In this document: in pieces, positions 58,647 to 64,000 of the stretch
Layout of the letters: each line of letters opens with the position of its first letter
Numbering within the stretch: position 1 is the first letter of the stretch
DNA from: Myxococcota bacterium
Lineage (GTDB): Bacteria > Myxococcota_A > Polyangia > Nannocystales > Nannocystaceae
Reading direction: 5' to 3'
Assembly: GCA_039194325.1 (NCBI GenBank)
Contig: JBCCWC010000008.1
Location: 32,001-96,000, forward strand
Length of the DNA stretch: 64,000 bases
Notes under the pieces: generated by a model
The model's database searches: none
What the model was told of the DNA's origin: nothing
The model's input: only the letters and a program-made list of their open reading frames with translations
Translations under genes and position numbers: made by a program

Positions 58647-59252
58647 CTAGTCCATGCCCTTGAGGATCACATCGAAGCCAAGGACGTAGAGTGCATGCAC
58701 TCCGACTACGATGTGGGAGACGACAGGACCTATGAGGGATCGCTGCCGCGCATAGAGCATGCCCCACAGTAATCCGCCGGTAAATGCGACGAAGCCGTAG
58801 GTGATCGTCAGATGTAGGTGAGTCACCCCGAACAAGGCGTTGGAGACTACAATGGCCCAAAACCATCGTCGTTGCTCCGAGCCGGTGAAGGACTCGTAGA
58901 GCGGCCCCTGGACCGCCCCCCGCGAGATGAACTCCTGGATCGGTACGAGCAAGGCATAGACCCCGTAGCCCAGCAGCGGACCCACCGTGAAGGGGCGATC
59001 GAGCACGGCAAAGACGGGCTTGCCGGCATGGGCGGGGATGAGCTCGACCGGCGCCCACTTGCCGAGGGTGAGTAGGACCAGCGCGGGCACGGTCCATAGC
59101 AGCGCCTGGCGGAAGATCTCGAGCCGCCCCTGTTGCAGCAGGTACATGCGCTCGGTGGTCTCGCCCTGGCGTAGCAGGCACTCGCCGGGCTCGAGCACCA
59201 CCCGACGGGGCGCGAGCATGCCGATGAGCGTGGTGCGATCTTCGATGGTCAT
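58647..59252 (-). CDS. Truncated cNMP-binding segment fused to a CPBP/CAAX intramembrane protease domain
   Basis: PGECLLRQGETTERMYLLQQGRLEIF (first half of a cNMP domain) joins directly to a TM region with PIQEFISRG.VQ, FGVTHLH and SH. Confidence 0.65.
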   Translation of the reverse strand: MTIEDRTTLIGMLAPRRVVLEPGECLLRQGETTERMYLLQQGRLEIFRQALLWTVPALVLLTLGKWAPVELIPAHAGKPVFAVLDRPFTVGPLLGYGVYALLVPIQEFISRGAVQGPLYESFTGSEQRRWFWAIVVSNALFGVTHLHLTITYGFVAFTGGLLWGMLYARQRSLIGPVVSHIVVGVHALYVLGFDVILKGMD

Positions 59253-59403
59253 CGGCCGCGCGCCGGGGGATCTCGCCGGCAGCAACCCCCGGAGCAACCC
59301 CCGGAGCGACCCCAAAGCGACCCATGACTCGACCGGTCGCGCCCGCGAGTATCACCCGCGGAACGGACCGGTCCCAAGACCCGGAAAGACGACCCGGGAT
59401 GAA

Positions 59404-60750
59404 TCAGGTAAGGCCGGACAAGCCGCCGCTGCCGCCGTCGGTGTTGCCGAAGGTCTGCTGGTCGCCCAGGCCCATGGCGTGACACAGGGAGACGAGCAGG
59501 CGGTTGTGTCGGATGTTGTTATACTGGAGCCAGCGCCCCATGGGGAACGCCCCGGAAGCACCGCCCAGCAGCACGAAGGGCACGGGCCGGTTGCCGTGGC
59601 TGTTGCCGCGCGACAGCTCGTTGCCCCACACCAGCAGGGTGTTGTCGAGCACGGAGCCGTCTCCCTCGGGGATCGCGGCCAGGGCGTCCATCAGGTACTT
59701 GATCTGCTCGGCGTACCAGACGTTGATCTCGCGGATCCCGTTTTGCATCACGGGGTCGCTGTTGCCGAGGTGGGACAGGTCGTGGTGCGACTGGTTGTGG
59801 CCCAGCCAGGTAAAGCGCGTGGTGCTGACGGAGCGCGAGAACTGCAAGCTCGCGACCCGGGTCAGATCGCAACCCAGCGCCATGGCGAGCAGATCCATCT
59901 GGCGCCGCCCGACCTCGGGGAAGTTGTCGTTGGCGCCCTCGTCGAAGCCGCCCCCCGGTGCCATCGGCGGCTCGCAGGCGGGGACCACGGCGTTGATCCG
60001 CTGCTCTACGGCTCGGATCGACTCGAGGTGGGCGTCGATCTTCACCTTGTCGTCGGCCGAGCCGTGGTTTCCCATGATCTGATCGAGGTCGCCCTTGACC
60101 ACGTCGATCACGCTCTGGCGCCGCGCCTTGATCTTATTGAGCTCGCCGCTGTCGACGTCGAGATCGGCGAAGAGCCGGTCGAACATAGCGCTCGCGCTGT
60201 CCTCGGGCGCGATGGGCTGGTTGGCCCCCGCGTAGCACATGCGCGACCAGATGTTGGCGTTCCTGGTCTGCACGCCGAATTCGAGCGATTTGTAGGCGGT
60301 CTCGCCTCCCACCGCGTTGGCGATGTGCTGGTCGACGGAGATCCCTCCGCCCCAGCCGGCCGAGCCACCGTTGCCGCCCCCGAAGTCGTCACCCTCGAGC
60401 AGGCGCGAGCCAGTCCACAGGTGGCCCATGCCCTTTTGGTGGCCATCGCCAACGCCGTCGCGCGAGACCTCGAGACCGTCGAGGACGATCATGCGATCTT
60501 TGTAGTCCTGGAGCGGCGAGAGGATCGGCCCCAGGGTGAAGTCGCTCTCGGAGCCGGAGGGCACCCAGTCTTCGTGGAGGGTGCCGTTGGCGGAGAACAG
60601 CAGCACGATCCGGCGGGGTCCGTCGCCAGGGGCCGCGTCGGTCTCCCGCGACAGCATGGGCAGGAAGGGGGTGAGCACCCCGGCCGCCCCCAGGCCCTGT
60701 AAGAAGGTGCGCCGCGAGTTGGCGAAGTTCTTGCGCTTGCGAATGCCCAT
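59404..60750 (-). CDS. DUF1552-family protein with a Tat signal
   Basis: SRRTFLQG, LGPILSPL, ISVDQHIA, IDAHLESIRAVE, LGCDLTRVA, HHDLSH, GSVLDNTL..GNE...GNSH. Confidence 0.88.
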   Translation of the reverse strand: MGIRKRKNFANSRRTFLQGLGAAGVLTPFLPMLSRETDAAPGDGPRRIVLLFSANGTLHEDWVPSGSESDFTLGPILSPLQDYKDRMIVLDGLEVSRDGVGDGHQKGMGHLWTGSRLLEGDDFGGGNGGSAGWGGGISVDQHIANAVGGETAYKSLEFGVQTRNANIWSRMCYAGANQPIAPEDSASAMFDRLFADLDVDSGELNKIKARRQSVIDVVKGDLDQIMGNHGSADDKVKIDAHLESIRAVEQRINAVVPACEPPMAPGGGFDEGANDNFPEVGRRQMDLLAMALGCDLTRVASLQFSRSVSTTRFTWLGHNQSHHDLSHLGNSDPVMQNGIREINVWYAEQIKYLMDALAAIPEGDGSVLDNTLLVWGNELSRGNSHGNRPVPFVLLGGASGAFPMGRWLQYNNIRHNRLLVSLCHAMGLGDQQTFGNTDGGSGGLSGLT

Positions 60751-60755
60751 GACTC

Positions 60756-62501
60756 TCACTCCCCCTCCTCGATGACGGCCGAGTCCTCGGCCGTGCGGCG
60801 GTAACGGAACGCGTCGCTGACCACGATCTCCTTGACGAGCGAGCTTAGTGCGTAATCGGTCTCGGCGAAACGGTCGAGCATCAGCTCGGTCGCGCAGACG
60901 TCTTCGTCGCTGTCGAGGCGGCCCAGCGAGTAGCGGAACCATTGACGGGCAACGCAGGACTGGACGTCGGTGGAGGTGGCCAGGCGCTCGGACAGCTCGA
61001 TGGCCCCGTCGAACTCGCCTTCGATGCCCTCGGCGAACACGATGTTCCCCGAGGCGTCGACCGGCAGGCCCTGGTCCTCGGTGCGGAACCCGCCGATCCC
61101 GTCGTAGTGCTCGAAGCCAAAGCCGAGCCCGTCGATCAGCTGGTGGCAGCTGTTGCACTCGGGGTTCTCGGTGTGCTCGGAGAAGCGCTCGCGGGTGGTC
61201 GACCCGGGCGTGGGGTCGGGCGGCACGTCGTCCACGTCGGGCGGGGGCGGCGGCAGCGGCTGGCACAGGAAGTTCTCGCGGATGAGCTGGCCGCGGTGCA
61301 CGGGCGAGCTCTGGTCGGCGTGGCCGTACCAGGCCATCACAGCGGGCTGGGTGAGCAAGCCGGCGCGCTGCTCCTTGGGCAGCGCAAGCGGAGTGCCCGG
61401 CGGCTGGTCGGCGGAGCGCTCGACCCCGTAGAGCGCGAGCAAGGCGGGGTCGTCGCTGAGGGTGAAGGCACCGGTCAGCAGGGTGGGCAGGCGGCCGTCT
61501 CCGTCGGAGAACACCCAGCGCACGAAGCTGGCGGTGTCCTCCTTCATGGCGCGGGCCAGATCGCTGTCGAAGTCGGGGTAGGCCTCGCCGCTCTTCTCCA
61601 GGGTCTCGAGCTCGTCGAGGCCGAGCCACTGCAGGTGGAAGTCGGCGATCGCCTCCTGAGCCCGGGGGTCGGCGAGCATGCGGTCGACCTGAGCCTCGAT
61701 CCCGGCGGCGGTGTCCAGCTCGCCCGCGGTGGCGGCGGCGAACAGGGCGTCGTCGGGCATGGTGTTCCACAGGAAGTACGAGAGCCGCGAGGCCAGCTCG
61801 TGGCCGGTGAGGCGGCGCGGGCCGGCCGCTGCCGACACGCCGTTCTCCACGTGATAGAGGAACCAGGGCGACTGCAGCATGGTCTGCAGCATCACCTGGA
61901 CGCCCATCGTAAAGCCGTCGGCCGAGGCGGCGCTGGCGTACACGTCCATCAGGCGAGCGACGTCGGCGTCGCTCACGGGGTGCCGGTAGGCGCGGGGCAT
62001 GAAGTCTCGCAGCCACTGCTCGGCGCAGGCAGCGTCGCCTACCGCGGCGGGATCGCAGGGCAGGTTCTGGTCGAGCGAGGCGGCGTACTCCTCGGCGAGC
62101 AGCTCGGCGGCGTCCATGTACTGCTCGACCTGAAGGTCGACGACGGGCGCGACGGCGTTGCTGCGGAAGGGTCCCACCCGCTCGTCGGGCGCGAAGCTGT
62201 CGGTCACGTCGGTGTCGATTCCGAGCAGCGCGCCGACCGTGTTGCGATACTGGCTCTGGGTGAGCCGCCGCAGCGCGGTGGCGCCGATCTGCCGGGGAGC
62301 GTCGAGGCATTGAGCCGCGACCCCGTCGTCTCCACCGTCTTCACCCGCGTCCCCCGCGTCTCCCGCATCCCCCGCATCGGCCCCCCCGACTCCGGGCCCC
62401 CCCTGGCCGTCGAAGTCCTGGAAGCCCGAGTAGCAGCCCGTTAGGGGCAGCCCCAGCGCGGTCGCGAGCGTAATCCGCTCGATGATCCCTGGCATGTGCA
62501 T
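60756..62501 (-). CDS. DUF1587/1595/1592/1588/1585 multi-domain lipoprotein with a CxxCH motif
   Basis: LRRLTQSQYRNTV, LQSPWFLY, ELASRLSYFLW..PDD.L, SSPVHRG, CNSCH, GFEHYDGIG. Confidence 0.88.
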   Translation of the reverse strand: MHMPGIIERITLATALGLPLTGCYSGFQDFDGQGGPGVGGADAGDAGDAGDAGEDGGDDGVAAQCLDAPRQIGATALRRLTQSQYRNTVGALLGIDTDVTDSFAPDERVGPFRSNAVAPVVDLQVEQYMDAAELLAEEYAASLDQNLPCDPAAVGDAACAEQWLRDFMPRAYRHPVSDADVARLMDVYASAASADGFTMGVQVMLQTMLQSPWFLYHVENGVSAAAGPRRLTGHELASRLSYFLWNTMPDDALFAAATAGELDTAAGIEAQVDRMLADPRAQEAIADFHLQWLGLDELETLEKSGEAYPDFDSDLARAMKEDTASFVRWVFSDGDGRLPTLLTGAFTLSDDPALLALYGVERSADQPPGTPLALPKEQRAGLLTQPAVMAWYGHADQSSPVHRGQLIRENFLCQPLPPPPPDVDDVPPDPTPGSTTRERFSEHTENPECNSCHQLIDGLGFGFEHYDGIGGFRTEDQGLPVDASGNIVFAEGIEGEFDGAIELSERLATSTDVQSCVARQWFRYSLGRLDSDEDVCATELMLDRFAETDYALSSLVKEIVVSDAFRYRRTAEDSAVIEEGE

Positions 62502-62690
62502 CGTCCTCCGCGAAGGGAGTCCGGCGAGGAACGAAGTTGTCCCCCGACGATGGCCCAGTTTTTGCGGTGAACGCCTACAGGGTCGGCGAGCTCACCGAAG
62601 CAACCGAAGCCGCAAAACCGAGACGATCGAACGGTGGTCTCGATCACGGTTCCGATCGACTCCCCGGATCCTCATTTGATCGTCGTTCAT

Positions 62691-63308
62691 TCAGCTGGAG
62701 ATCAGCTGCTGCTCGGTCGCGAGCTTGCGTAGCCGCTCCTTGGCCCGTTCGAATCGCTTGCGTAGAGCGGCCGCCTTGCGCTTGAGCTCGTCGGCGGTGG
62801 GCTCCTCGTGCTCGGACATGATCCGCGCGATTTCGTTCCAGGCCAGCTTGCGATCGACCCGCAGGATCAACAGGGTGCGATCGTCGGGCTCGAGCTGCTC
62901 GCGCAGCGCGGTGAACTTGTTCTTGGTCTCGGTGCGCAGGTGGACCATGGTGGTGGTGCGCACCTGCTGCGCCATCTGGAAGACCTCGGGCGACTGCGAC
63001 AGCGCCAGGTTGCGCTCGCGCCGGCGGTGCGGGTCGCGGGAGAGACGGTAAAGCGCGTGCCGAGCGAGGGTGTAGGCCCACGTTCGAAAGCTCGAGTGCC
63101 ACCGGAAACCGGGCAGCCCCTTCCACAGATCTTCACAGAAGATCGAGAACACCTCGGCCGCGTCGGTCTCGGTGCGACACATGGCCGACAGATAGCCCAG
63201 CACCTCCGGGCCATAGCCCTCGAGGGCTGCGGTCGCGGCCGGACCCCAGTGCTCCGCGTCGCAGTGCCCTCGGATCCGTGCCTCGAGGGCGGCGCGCTGC
63301 TCCTCCAT
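62691..63308 (-). CDS. ECF-type sigma factor
   Basis: YGPEVLGYL, EDLWKGLPGF..SSFRTWAY.LARH, LLILRVDRKLAWNEIA. Confidence 0.8.
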   Translation of the reverse strand: MEEQRAALEARIRGHCDAEHWGPAATAALEGYGPEVLGYLSAMCRTETDAAEVFSIFCEDLWKGLPGFRWHSSFRTWAYTLARHALYRLSRDPHRRRERNLALSQSPEVFQMAQQVRTTTMVHLRTETKNKFTALREQLEPDDRTLLILRVDRKLAWNEIARIMSEHEEPTADELKRKAAALRKRFERAKERLRKLATEQQLISS

Positions 63309-63453
63309 CCGTGCCCATGTTGCCCCATGGGTGGAAGGTGGTCTACCGCGCCGGGGCGCGTTGTCGGGCGAAAACCCACGTCAAATCATAGCATTGAGAG
63401 ATTGACTGGCTTCGCTTCGACAAAGGGCGGTAACACGGGGCGGGCCGCGCATC

Positions 63454-63672
63454 ATGCCGAGTACCGCTGAAGTCGTGAAAGTCAAGGATGCGTTCGCGTG
63501 GATCGAGACACGCGGGCTGACGATCGCCATCAAGGCGAGCACGCGTGAAGGCAAGCCGATTGAGCTGACGGCCGAGGAGACCCGGCTGCTCGCATCACGC
63601 CTGACCAAGCTCGCGGATGTGCTCGACAGCTTGGTCGAGCAAAAGCGCGAGCGCGGCGGCGAAGACACCTGA
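63454..63672 (+). CDS. Small hypothetical protein
   Basis: 72-aa ORF with globular composition (IAIKAST..GKPIELTAEETRLLA). Confidence 0.5.
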   Translation: MPSTAEVVKVKDAFAWIETRGLTIAIKASTREGKPIELTAEETRLLASRLTKLADVLDSLVEQKRERGGEDT

Positions 63673-63866
63673 GCGCCCGGGCGCAGACTCCGCTGCGTCG
63701 GGAACCCGGTCCCGCGGTCCCCCGGTCCCGCGGTGGCTCCCCAAGCATGCCGCAACGACCTTCAAGACCCACCACGGGCTGCCCAGAGGTACGCCGCGAT
63801 GGTCCGCTTCGCGTACCCGCATCACCCGGGTGACACCGATGGAGCGCAGAGCTAAAGTCCGGCGCC

Positions 63867-64000
63867 GTGAAGACGTCGAGCCTCGCCCTGGTCGCCTCCC
63901 TGGTCCTGCCTAGCTGCACCACCACGACCACCGATCCGGCCAAGGTCGAGCAGACCAAGGCCGGGGAGACCAAGGCCGGAGACGCCAAGGCCGGGGACGC
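63867..64000 (+). CDS. Lipoprotein N-terminus (runs off the window) with 15-bp repeats encoding (T/A)KAG(E/D)
   Basis: GTG start, KTSSLALVASLVLPSC lipobox, repeats at 63941-64000. Confidence 0.55.
   Translation, partial: MKTSSLALVASLVLPSCTTTTTDPAKVEQTKAGETKAGDAKAGD

Noticed and set aside
60751..62310. N-terminal extension of the 968-aa ORF
   Set aside because: Arg-rich off-frame reading of the DUF1592 gene; the real gene starts at ATG 60750 with a Tat signal.

Overview
A GC-rich bacterial window whose gene content (MYXO-CTERM protein, CglF/GltF-like protein, Cys-rich lipoproteins, DUF1552/DUF1592 pair, many sigma factors) points to a myxobacterium (Myxococcota). This assignment is an inference from protein families recognised by eye. 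About 55 plausible CDSs were found, and no rRNA, tRNA, CRISPR array or intact IS element was seen. Highlights: (1) a tightly coupled minus-strand operon (10769->170) of two cation:proton antiporter-like genes (one fused to a P-loop NTPase/wHTH module), MscS, tadA, a degenerate MBL-fold protein and an EF-hand NADPH oxidase (NOX5/RBOH-like) with a 13-aa Ser/Pro repeat N-terminus; (2) an ECF sigma factor whose C-terminal 43 aa, beyond a hydrophobic segment, align ungapped with the neighbouring small CglF/GltF-like protein, a candidate undescribed one-component envelope sensor; (3) a metallophosphoesterase-NACHT gene followed by two Uma2 nucleases; (4) a VgrG-less T6SS-type PAAR-like/GHH2 toxin cassette behind an AT-rich promoter; (5) a lysyl-oxidase-domain lipoprotein; (6) three copies of a ~60-bp nested-hairpin element just after stop codons; (7) a frameshifted cpdA-like gene and other gene relics. 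All family calls come from motif recognition, not database searches.
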